NCBI RefSeq assembly: GCF_001194135.2
Contig: NC_068988.1
Location: 61,643,356 to 61,686,620 of the forward strand
Direction: 5' to 3'
Origin: Octopus bimaculoides
Lineage: Eukaryota
Length of the DNA: 43,265 nucleotides
The position numbers and the translations under genes are program-made. Position 1 is the stretch's first letter. Each line of letters opens with the position of its first letter. Below are positions 25,505-36,430 of the stretch, one piece after another. The notes under the pieces were generated by a model. It was not told the origin of the DNA. It saw only the letters and a list, made by a program, of their open reading frames with translations, and searched no databases.

Positions 25505-25718
25505 TTATTTGCTACTCTAGGCACAAGGGCAGACATTTGGGGAAGGCAGCCAGATGATTAAATCGACCTCATTATGCAGCTGGCACTTAATTTAACGTCT
25601 CCAAAAGGATGAAAGGCAATTTAAACTCGGCGGAATTTAAACTCGGAACGTAAAGACAGACAGAATACCACTAAGCATTTCGCCCGGTATGCTATCTTTT
25701 CTGCCAGCTCGCCACCTT
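25505..25718 (-). mobile_element. tRNA-derived SINE family C
   Basis: The reverse complement reads AAGGTGGCGAGCTGGCAGAA...GAAATGCTTAG...TTACGTTCCGAGTTTAAATTCCGCCGAG...GCCTTTCATCC. It is homologous to 25778-25992 and 36975-37148. Confidence 0.88.
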
Positions 25719-25777
25719 GATAAGATCTGATATTGAAACCATAAGGCAGTGCAAGAACAAATATTCTCTCTAGCACT

Positions 25778-25992
25778 AAGGTAGCGAGTTGGCAGTCTCA
25801 TGAACGCAGAATGTAAAGGCAGGTATTTCGTCCGTCCTTACGCTCTGAGTTTAAATGTTGCCGAGGTCAACTTTGCATATCATTCTTCGGGGTGAACAAT
25901 ATAAAGTACCAGTTGCCTACTGGGGTCTATTGTATCGGTTGTCCCCACTGCTGCAAAATTTCAGGGTTTGTCCCTATCGTAGAAAGGATATT
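25778..25992 (+). mobile_element. tRNA-derived SINE family C
   Basis: AAGGTAGCGAGTTGGCAG...GGTATTTCGTCCGTCCTTACGCTCTGAGTTTAAAT...GCCGAGGTCAACTTTGC...AAGTACCAGTTG...TGGGGTC. Confidence 0.85.
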
Positions 25993-26703
25993 TTCTCTGG
26001 CACACTCAGGTTTCTTCCAGCTTGCTGGAGAAATATATTGCTTCGAAATTAGACAAAACGACGGAGTTTTGAACAGGAAAGTTAATGCAGAACCGAGTGG
26101 AATTTGAACACAAAACAGAAGATGGAACAAATACCACGGGGAATATTTTTCCCGCGGCCAATGGTTTTGAGGTAGTATAAACTAGATCCAAGTAAAATAG
26201 CAACGATTTGCGTCAGCCAAATGTAGTTGGTCTTGCGTTCAAATTTCAATAAATTTGCATGCCATGGGGAAACAATGATTTTCACATTTTAAGGAAAATG
26301 TTTGCTGAAACGATGCTAAGTCTGCTTCCCTACGGCCGAGCCCTATTATCTATATCTGAGAAATATTATTAAGTAATATAGTCACATTAATTTGATTGAC
26401 TGTAACATTCGTCCACGAGATAATGGACCTGTGAATAACACTAAGAAATTAAGACTAGTTATTCAAAATTACTGCATTCTCCTTTGTATCTCTTAAATTT
26501 AATTGATATGTGTGTGTGTGTTCATGTGTGTGTGTTTCGGTGTTTCTGTGTTATGCTCTTTGAATTTATGTCGACTCGTTGTTTAACGCCAGGAAATGAT
26601 GAATGCAGGCATCTTGTAGCCCAATGTGAAATGATCATGTGATAAGACTAAGTGTATAATTAGAAACTTCCTTAATTAAAATCACTAAAGTATTTTCATA
26701 AAT

Positions 26704-26804
<101 letters not shown>

Positions 26805-27206
26805 CTAAATAACAAACCGACAATAATTATCACTCTGTGCTACTAAACAATGCAGGAGAATCTATATTATCACATCAACCGTTTCGATATGGCAGTCAAT
26901 CTTTTTCAATCTATACACTTCATTCTTAATAGAAGATTCTATTTAAGAACGTAGCACGAAATGACCAATGGTTGTCAGAATGACACAGCTCATTTTGCTG
27001 GAAAACATTTCAGAACAGATTTGTTTTCACTCAGAGCTACCATGCAGCTAAAGAAGAATAAAAAAAAATGACGAGAATAGACGAATGAACGAACGATTAT
27101 CTGCGAGGGGTTTTGACGTTTCCTATTACGCACGACGGCCTCATTTCACCCAAATCACATTTAATCGTTTACAAATATAACGCATTGTATCATATAGACA
27201 GTGCTA

Positions 27207-27416
27207 TACCAAGAGAGATTTCTGAAAGTTCCTGGCTTTAAGGCCAGATTGGCAGCCCAACATTTCGAGTTCTCTTACAGGGACTTAGAAAATGGAAGGA
27301 CCGTTGCAATGAGAGTGCGAATCTGAGAGCGGAATATGTTGAATAAAATCATAATTAACCGATCCTCATGTATTTTCTTTTACTCAAAGTCAATGACTTT
27401 TCAGCAGTCCCTAGTA
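27207..27416 (+). mobile_element. Mariner-derived MITE (~210 bp)
   Basis: Decayed TIRs ...CTGAAAGTTCCTGGCTTT and AAAGTCAATGACTTTTCAGCAG..., with TA at both ends. It retains the transposase C-terminus GLRKWKDRCNESANLRAEYVE*. Confidence 0.8.
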
Positions 27417-27989
27417 TATCTAAATCATGTATAGCATGGTAGCCGTTGCTTATAATAGTGATAATGATGCCAGTCGATCATCATATCATTTTCATTGATT
27501 TTTTAAAAATTCCTTATATGATCAGTCAATTTCAAGTCCTGAAATATTTGTCAACGTTTCCAAGTGGAAGGGTCGGATTTTGAATTTTGATTGCTCAGAG
27601 TTGGAAAGTTAATGCTGCCTGCTGTATCAGCTCAGTCAGTTAAGCTGAACTGGCACCTATTTTAAAAAACTTATCCTTTGCTACAGGAATTTGAACGCAC
27701 AGAACGAATAATCGGTCAGTTAACACAAAGCATTCTACCCCCGACGCTTTCACGATTCTAGCAGACCGTTCGTTCTTTCATACGAGTAAGGAATCAGGGG
27801 CACTAGTAGGACAGAGTATTAGGCTGGTTTGTCTACAATTTTATCTTTTAATCATGTCCAAACGCAATACTTTTGATTTGTTACAGGCTTTTGTAACGGT
27901 TAAGTGGTATTAAAGAAAGTATATTTCAACCGATAACCGAGCTCGAATGCGTAATTCTATCTAGCGACGAGATCTGAGTGCTTTTCTAT

Positions 27990-28990
27990 TAACAAGATAT
28001 ATTGTCACAAAATCTTTGCAGTGTTTTGCTTCGTAGTAGTACAGCTGTCTTTATATAAATTTTCCTTCTTCGACCTGTATACTTATTAGTCACTATCTCA
28101 TAATGAAGGAAATAGGTGAGGTAGCGTGTGCAAAGTTTGTACATGTTTAGCCAAGAAATGTGCCTATAGATCTCTACCAAGATATCGGTTTCAGTCTTTG
28201 GCAATGCTATAGCAAACAAGTTCTTAGTGCCAAGTCAGCTTGGTATGTCCATAGTCTTTATGAATATTAATGGGTCTCTGTAGAAGTTCAGTCCCTTATA
28301 CCAGTTTCCAACTATTTGGTCTGATCCAAGTGCCCTCCCTTATTTTAGTATGGTTAAAGTTTCAGGGTCAATCGTTTCCCTTTTATTGTTGATACAGACT
28401 GCTTTCTTATCTGCATTTAGCCACGCTGGATTCTGTTTGAAAACTTTCCTTTCGTTCCAGATCTTAGGGTAGAATAATAGCTGACCCTCCTTCTTAAATG
28501 CAATGTTTTCTTTTACTAATCTTCTAGTTAACATGCCTGTAGATCGGAAGCAAATTAATATTTTATAGTAGCCCCATGAACAATTTTTCTACAATAATTC
28601 TTGCTTTAAATTAATTAACTTTCCATCATAGACTTTGCGTAAAAAGACGCCTGTAGATCGTTTTGTTATTTCTTAGTCAAATTTAATTGCTACTCATCAT
28701 CACACTCTCATTTTATTATTGAAGTTATCCGTCTAATAACGCGGCGTAAATTGCTGTGGTTTCCTTTAAGTTTTGTTTTCCGAATAGATTGCTTCTGTTT
28801 AGTAATTTCGTTAATACGTGGGTTATAGATTTCCCTTAAGTATTCTTTAAGATTAACAGCAGCTGTGTATAAGAAGATATTAGTAATCTAATAATTAATA
28901 TCGCATATTTCCATGTGTTGTCCATCGATAACTTCTAAAATTTCGTTAAGGATTCCATTTCGTTCAACGATAGCTAAGAAAAACTCGAAA
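27990..28990 (-). mobile_element. Decayed non-LTR retrotransposon ORF fragment (pre-RT and RT start), R4/Dong-like
   Basis: Minus strand gives ITNIFLYTAAVNLKEYL..., FYPKIWNERKVFKQNPAWL..., ILK*GRALGSDQIVGNWYKGL (compare WKAPGPDxIxxFWYKxL) and IALPKTETDILVEIYRHISWLNMYKL (compare LIPK...NYRPIxCLNxxYKL). The clade call is made from remembered motifs. Confidence 0.65.
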
Positions 28991-29635
28991 AATTATTTGC
29001 GGACTGCGGTTTCATAATGGTCTGAAGTTTACTATAGCCCACATCAATCTCCATCGAGTTAACGATGTGTGCAAACGTCCAAGAGATTAATAATGACGAT
29101 AGCACATTGTTTACATTATTATCGGCCTTTCTAATTGTAGATTGTGGCTGGTTCTTAGTGTGTATGTCAGATTTTTGCCGGTTGTAGAAAATCGAGTTCT
29201 ATCAGAAAAGCTGCAAAAACGATCTCTGTCTATGACAGTAAATGCTTTTAATGTTTTATTGTGAAATAATTTACGTGTGAAGTAATTTCATCCTAGTATT
29301 ATTTAACCTGATTCAGATAACCGACAGAATGATCATATGGAGATTTTTTTCATAACACAGAAGTAGAACTCTGTTTGCATTTAAAGATCTAGAGCAGTGA
29401 GGAAAGTACGTGTGTTGTCTTAATTAACAGATATCGTTGTACTGCTTGGGTTGGTTACAGAATTAGCGTTGTTATCAATATCGGATTTCACATGAAAGCT
29501 AAATTCCACGTGGAGTAGGATATATTTCATTGTTCGCTCATGTATGCTTGTATATTTTCAGATTTTAATGTTTTGTTTGTCTGTCTGTCTGTATGAATGC
29601 ATGTATGCATGTATATATGCATGACTGTATGTATG

Positions 29636-29674
<39 letters not shown>

Positions 29675-30304
29675 TCTAAAGTTAGAGTATAAGATGGATA
29701 GGAAATAGTGGTCGGAACCAATATGTGAAGGAAACCGGGATGCTTAGTAGTACAGTGTGAAGAAGACAATGTGTGTAATAGCGCCAGTGTGTGGGACAAG
29801 CACATTAGACTAGCCACCAGAGCTAGGGAAAAGGTTATGCTAGGAAGAGAAGAGATGCTTCAAGATTAAGATTAAGAATGCAAGTGTAAGATTCTAAAGT
29901 AGGTGACTAGAATTGGGTTCAGGGAGCAGTGGATGCACTTTAAATGAATGCAATCGATGGTAGTTACGGATAATGAGTTAATATTTAAAATTTTAAGTTC
30001 AACGAAGAGTATGAATATGGTTGTGTATGGGTTTCGGCGTAACATAGGAATAAAATCAGATGTATCTTAAAATTTCTACATTAGTTGAGAATATCTTAAG
30101 TGGTTGTTAAATTATGTTGTGTCGTTTTTAGAAAATAATGTTTAGTTAAATCATCATATTGGATTTACAAGCAGACTCTTAGTGAACTTAAGAATTATGG
30201 AATATAGAAACAAGCAGAGTTCAAGTGGTGAATTTAGAATTGGAGAAGCAAATGAAGATATTAGATATGTATACGTAACCATAGGAGGGATGAAAATTTT
30301 ACAA

Positions 30305-30492
30305 CTTTAAGGGCAGCGGGAAAGGCTTAGCTGGTGGTCCGACTTCCGAGCTTTTTTTTTTTTTTAGACTTAGAAAACTGAAGGACCGTTGCAATTAACG
30401 TGTGAATGTGAGAGGGGAATATATTGACTAAAATGACAATTAACTGATCCTCCTGTATTTTCTTTCACCCAAAGCCAGAAACATGTTAGCAT
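30305..30492 (+). mobile_element. Second copy of the mariner-derived MITE, left TIR lost
   Basis: GACTTAGAAAACTGAAGGACCGTTGCAAT...GAGAGGGGAATAT...TAACTGATCCTCCTGTATTTTCTTTCACCCAAAGCCAG aligns with 27277-27392. Confidence 0.82.
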
Positions 30493-31049
30493 ACCGTTGT
30501 ATTTGTACGCTAAATTAAATAGTTTAGTTAAATCATATAGACATATGAAGAACTTCACCTTTATGTGGATGAGGACTGTCTTCAGTGATTCAAAGCAATG
30601 CATTTAGATTTATGATAAAATCGGAACGTGTGGCTAATCTGTGCATACAAATGGTAATTGCTTCATTTTGTCTATTCATTGCTGGAAGGCGATTATGAAA
30701 TAGGATTCGAACAGGCTTTCATTAAGCTGGTAAAACACAGAATTCTCGCTCTGGTGCAGATCACCGGTATTGCTGATAGATCAAGTAGTATTGTATGCTA
30801 CGATGTATATATTGAGGTCATGTATATCGTTAGCGTGTAAAGAAGAATTGTTTTTGCTTATAGCACAATAAAAAGTGTCCAGATCAGCTTTCTATATATA
30901 CTCATGCATACATTGCACATGCATACAGGAGAAAGCAGAAAATATATAATATATATATATGACTCTATACTCAGAATGACCAATTTTAAAGACTAATAGA
31001 TTTTCGTATATTATCTAGATTAACTATTGCTTAACCATTTTCTTACACC

Positions 31050-31097
31050 GTCTCCGATGAAAGGATATAATAAATATCTTGGAAACAGCTGTAAGAC
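31050..31097 (+). ncRNA. Mutated type I minimal hammerhead motif
   Basis: GTCT-CCGATGA-A-AGGATAT(aataa)ATATCTT-G-GAAA-CAGCTGT-A-AGAC. Helix I is GTCT/AGAC, helix II is 7 bp, helix III ACAGCTGT is palindromic and the triplet is GUA. The core reads CCGAUGA (U4 to C) and the 10.1/11.1 pair is A.G, so it is probably inactive. Confidence 0.6.
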
Positions 31098-31712
31098 TAA
31101 TTCGAATTAGTCTNNNNNNNNNNNNNNNNNNNNNNNNNNNNNNNNNNNNNNNNNNNNNNNNNNNNNNNNNNNNNNNNNNNNNNNNNNNNNNNNNNNNNNN
31201 NNNNNNNNNNNNNNNNNNNNNNNNNNNNNNNNNNNNNNNNNNNNNNNNNNNNNNNNNNNNNNNNNNNNNNNNNNNNNNNNNNNNNNNNNNNNNNNNNNNN
31301 NNNNNNNNNNNNNNNNNNNNNNNNNNNNNNNNNNNNNNNNNNNNNNNNNNNNNNNNNNNNNNNNNNNNNNNNNNNNNNNNNNNNNNNNNNNNNNNNNNNN
31401 NNNNNNNNNNNNNNNNNNNNNNNNNNNNNNNNNNNNNNNNNNNNNNNNNNNNNNNNNNNNNNNNNNNNNNNNNNNNNNNNNNNNNNNNNNNNNNNNNNNN
31501 NNNNNNNNNNNNNNNNNNNNNNNNNNNNNNNNNNNNNNNNNNNNNNNNNNNNNNNNNNNNNNNNNNNNNNNNNNNNNNNNNNNNNNNNNNNNNNNNNNNN
31601 NNNNNNNNNNNNNNNNNNNNNNNNNNNNNNNNNNNNNNNNNNNNNNNNNNNNNNNNNNNNNNNNNNNNNNNNNNNNNNNNNNNNNNNNNNNNNNNNNNNN
31701 ATATATATATAT

Positions 31713-31872
31713 AGTCGTGGCTGTGTGGTAAGAAGCTTGCTTCCCACTCGTATGGTTCCGGGTTCAGTCCCACCGTGTGTCTCCTTGGGCAAGTTGCTTC
31801 TATTATAGCCTCGGACCGAACAAAGCCTTGTGAATAGATATGGTAGACGGAAACTAAAAGAAGCCTGTCGTT
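31713..31872 (+). mobile_element. SINE family A, 5' half
   Basis: GTGGCTGTGTGGTAAGAAGCTTGCTTCCC...GGTTCCGGGTTCAGTCCCAC...GGTAGACGGAAACTAAAAGAAGCC. Confidence 0.92.
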
Positions 31873-32084
31873 TGGATACACACGCACACATTCACACACA
31901 CACACACACACACAAATATATATATATACATATATATTTATAGCTACGTATACACATATATACGACCAGTTGATCCGATTACCGCAATTGTCGGTGCAAT
32001 TGACAGAACACTATACACACTTATCCACGCGCATCCCTTCAATGTAATACTTGAGGAGTTTCAGAGTGATAGAGAAAGTGAAAA

Positions 32085-32248
32085 AGCTGAGCCTTTAGAT
32101 TACATGGACAACTCATTTTTGCCAGCTGAGTGGAAGTGGAGCAACGTGAAAATATGTGTCTGCTGAAGAATACAACGCGCAGCTCTGAAATCGAACCAAC
32201 GCTTCTCAGCTTAAGATCGTTTGCCGAATACACTTACCACGAAGTCAC
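32085..32248 (-). mobile_element. tRNA-derived SINE family B, head and central domain
   Basis: The reverse complement reads GTGACTTCGTGGTAAG...GGTTCGATTTC...TTCACGTTGCTCCACTTCCACTCAGCTGGCAAAAATGAGTTG. Confidence 0.82.
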
Positions 32249-32790
32249 ACATGTATATGTATCATATGTACAATGTGTCACCCACACACCCACCCACACA
32301 AACACATAATTATATACATACATGCGTGTCTATAAATAAATATATATATATATATANNNNNNNNNNNNNNNNNNNNNNNNNNNNNNNNNNNNNNNNNNNN
32401 NNNNNNNNNNNNNNNNNNNNNNNNNNNNNNNNNNNNNNNNNNNNNNNNNNNNNNNNNNNNNNNNNNNNNNNNNNNNNNNNNNNNNNNNNNNNNNNNNNNN
32501 NNNNNNNNNNNNNNNNNNNNNNNNNNNNNNNNNNNNNNNNNNNNNNNNNNNNNNTATCTATCTGTGTGTGTGTTTGGGTGTGTGTATACATAAGGTATTC
32601 ATAACAGTGATGTTTTGTAATACTTTCATGCTGCTCAGTTTTTCAAGTTCTATATTAATATACATTTTACAAGAAGAGATTTAGGAGAATAGTATTACAT
32701 TTTTGTAGATCGGGAGCAAAGGAAATGTTCGTTTCCAGAACTCGGAATAAATTGATTTATTGCAATAATTAGAATAATTATATACTTTTT

Positions 32791-33020
32791 GTGGCACTCC
32801 GTCGCTTACGACGACGAGGGTTCCGGTTGATCCGATCAACGGAAGAGCCTGCGCGTGGAATTAACGTGCAAGTGGCTGAGTACTCCACAGACACGTGTAC
32901 CCTTAACGTAATTCTTGGAGATATTCAGCGTGACACAGTGTGACAAAGCTGGACCTTTGAATCGAAACCGCGATCCTATGACCGTGAGACGCTGCCCTGA
33001 TCACTGGGCCATTGCGGCTC
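32791..33020 (-). mobile_element. SINE family B, well-preserved 3' domain joined to a decayed head (central domain deleted)
   Basis: GTGGCACTCCGTCG...GTTGATCCGATCAACGGAA...CACGTGTACCCTTAACGTA...GTGACACAGTGTGACAA matches the family B 3' end as I recall it, with a head remnant at 32960-33020. Confidence 0.8.
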
Positions 33021-35799
33021 CAATTATATTCTATAATGCAATCTGTGATATACAAAAGGACGTTAGGCCACAGACGGTGTGTCCTTGAAGATAAAGACTA
33101 AACATAAAGAATACTGCAATTAGTGTGTTCTACGATGTTGGGAAAGTCAGACGCTTTCTAATGAGATTCTGAAATGTTTGTTTCTCTTGTTCTCTGAACG
33201 CCACGTGATAGAATTTGTCCATATGATTGCTCTGGAACTGTTTAAATGGGAAATACAACTCGATTCAGTATTAGAGAAGACATGAAATATCAAACCTATT
33301 TTGCAGCAACAGTATAAAATATTAAAATACAAAGAAACACTCAGCTACTTATATAAATTATAAATTAAGTCCCTTTCAATAACATTTCTATTTATGGAAC
33401 TAAATATAGATTATGCCATTTGGAGATGAAAGGGAAGAAAGAAGAGAGATATCAGAGTAACAAAAAAAAAAAAACAAACGAATATTAATAATAAAAAAAA
33501 CAGACCAAAAATCAAAGGGGATTAAGATGTTTTAATATTTAGTCGCATTCCTTTGTATTATATGTTTTTTTTATCATAAATTTGAAGATTTTGATTTCTC
33601 ACATAAGTGCCACAATAAAAGCACACATTAATTTTTTTCCCTTTCTCTCTCTCTCTCTCTCTCTCGAATGACGTAAGTCGTTTTCATTCAAACAACCACA
33701 AGCACAACAACAATAACAACAACAACAACAACAACGTCAAGAACGGGAAAAATAAACATAAAAAAATAGATAAATATCCACACAAATAAATGCAGAGGGA
33801 AGCAGATGATTAATCAATCATTTCAAAATGTTCTAAGAATGCCAGTTTAATTTATTTCAAGACGAAGAATAAAACAAAACCTATTAAAACGTCTATTTCT
33901 TTATTAGACTTTGTTAGGAACTATTCGTTTTCCATTCGGTATTTTAATGGAGTTTTCTGGAATCTTTGTAGCATTGCATCAGACAGTCGAGCCGAGATGA
34001 TAATGACAGAAGAGACTAATGTTTGTACAGATTTAGCCAAAAATAAACTAGAGCGGAGAATTTTAATGGCAGCTACTAAATAGTTGTCCAAATTTAGTCT
34101 TATTAGGAAGATACATAGATACATATTCATTTTGGATGGCTACGTGTGAGATCACACATCTACACACGAAGAAACTTATATATACTCACACGCACATATA
34201 TACATGTGTGTGTGTGTGTTCGTGCATGTGCGTGTGTGTGTGTGTGTGTGTGTGCGTGTGTGTGGATATATAACTGTGCTTCCTTCTGCAGAGCAGATGT
34301 ATTATGAATGCACATATGCACTATGTAAATACTTACGTAGAGGGTGTTATGTCTATATATATGTGTGTGTGTGTATGTGTGTTTGTGTATAGGTGTGTTT
34401 CCGTGCGTGTGTGGTTTTCTCTTTGAACGTCTGTCAATGTGATATGTATTTACATACGCGCCTATCAACAAACGGTTGTATGTGTTTGTGTGCGTGAGTA
34501 TATATACATACATACACACACATATATATTTAAATCGAACATACACGCACATCGTAATCCATACAGATATACACATACAAATACATACATGTATATATAT
34601 ATATATATAAATATATAAATATATATATATATATANNNNNNNNNNNNNNNNNNNNNNNNNNNTATATATATCTGTTTCAACTTATGAATATTTACCTATA
34701 TATCTATTTCTCTATATGTGTTTGGAAATACGTATATCAATTTAGGTGTGGCAAAATGGCCAGCAGAACGGTTGAACGCATGGTCGGATGTCTGTACAAG
34801 CAGTGAAGTAAGAAAAAGTGATTGTTCATGCTTGAAAAGACTTAGAATTGTAATGAAATTAAATTTCCTTCTGATCTTTCTGCATTATATAGATAGGAAT
34901 GTTTGTGCTTGTTTTCCGTGTAATATATTTAGACATACTAACAAATGATATAGAATAAATAGATGCTGAATGTGGCTAAAGCAAAAAGCGCTGATGGGAG
35001 TGGATGGAAGGAAACTTGAGGAGTTTGTAGCGGGAGCAAGTAGGCAGAAGATGAAGTCCTGAACTGAACTTCTCTGATGCGATTTATAATGGCTTTAACC
35101 TCTTATAATGGCCAGAATTGTATTAGAAATAACTTAAGATCTGTCCCTTCTATTGGAAGAAAAGTAGATAAATTTTAGTATGCTTTCGTGAACAGAGTAC
35201 AGTAAAGTAGTGATAACAACTTCGTGAAAGTGCAGAAGAAAATTTTAACACTTTCAAGTCTATATAAACTTATGAAATTGTTATTCCACGCAAACAATGT
35301 AACGGACTTAACAAACAATTTACTCGAAGTGGAACCTATTTTAACGAGACACACAATGATCTGTAATTTCTGTTATGCTGCCTGTTGACGTGTTTGTTGT
35401 GATATAGTAGTTATAGAAATTGATTCTTTATTTAGATAACATTATATAATCTGGCACATTATCGAGGTATTGTATTCAAATCCACACGAGATATTCTATG
35501 CTTATTCTACGTTCGCTGATATAAATTATCGAATTTTAAACTTTTCCTCATCACCAATATAGTCTTGAAAATATTTTATTGTTATAGTCAATGTCTTTAT
35601 GTTTGCGGCTAAATAGCTAGATGCCAATATGGAGTGCACCAGGTATATAAAGCAAATAAAGAATAATGGATACTGTAAATGCACAAGAAATATTTGTATT
35701 TCTTGATGTTCGCTAACTTTTAATCATGAATACGTATTATCAAATGCTTCCCTGCAATAACCATGTCATCGTTCATGTATATTGAATTTTCATCATTTA

Positions 35800-35935
35800 G
35801 TTTTTACTCGTTTCAGACCTTGCATTATGGACATACTGCTTTGAAGGGTTTGGTCGCAAATACTTATTTTCATTATTCTCTAACTCCGAAACTGACAGTT
35901 ACTGGAACGTAAGGAATCCAACACCTGCTATCAGG
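35800..35935 (-). mobile_element. SINE family A, very decayed 3' half
   Basis: TTTTACTCGTTTCAG...CTTTGAAGGGTTTGGTCG...CCGAAACTG...CCAACACC. Confidence 0.55.
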
Positions 35936-35979
35936 TTGTGAGGTCATAAACACAACAACGTGACGAATCTATACGCGCG

Positions 35980-36092
35980 CACAAACATACCCTCCAACTC
36001 ACGCACGAACTCCCGCAAATATCAATGAGTGGGTGGGGTACGTGCGGGAGTTCGTGCGGGAGTTCGTGCGGGAGTTGGAGTGTATGTTTGTG
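35980..36092. repeat. Inverted repeat with 38-bp arms containing a (CGTGCGGGAGTT)x3 tandem
   Basis: Arms 35980-36017 and 36055-36092 are complementary at 36 of 38 positions, with a 37-nt spacer. Confidence 0.9.
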
Positions 36093-36170
36093 AATATGGT
36101 ACTTACATTTAGGCACCAGAATTAAGTATGGTATTATCCATACAGTTTCAAAATAAGGAGATTAAAATCT

Positions 36171-36389
36171 AAATAAGTAACAAGGATATCCAAAGTTAAC
36201 GCAGTACAATAGTTTCATACGATTCCATTTAATTAAGCATTGTGAACATTACATCAAATATATCAAATATAAAATGCAGAGCAATTGCTCTGCATTTTAT
36301 ATTTGATGTAGTGTTCAGATTGCTTAATTAAATGGAGTAACAGGAAACGATCGTACAGCATTAACTTTGGATATCCTTGTTACTTATTT
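36171..36389. repeat. 219-bp spacerless palindrome (fold-back element)
   Basis: The centre lies at 36284/36285 (GAGCAA|TTGCTC). Arms pair at 93 of 105 positions, plus a 9-bp duplication (ATCAAATAT) in the left arm. The outer 29 bp and the inner 23 bp are perfect. Confidence 0.95.
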
Positions 36390-36390
36390 T

Positions 36391-36429
<39 letters not shown>

Positions 36430-36430
36430 C

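Noticed and set aside
26095-26150. GI*TQNRRWNKYHGEYF resembles a mariner C-terminus
   Set aside because: It is too short, with no TIR or upstream motifs.
28535-28660. 12-bp direct repeat GCCTGTAGATCG flanking 102 bp, TSD-like
   Set aside because: The enclosed sequence translates as a plausible continuation of the LINE ORF (KLINLKQELL), so it is not clearly an insertion.
36041-36076. Short direct repeats here and at 5271-5341 considered as CRISPR-like
   Set aside because: This is eukaryotic DNA, the units are adjacent or nearly so without unique regular spacers, and there are no cas genes.
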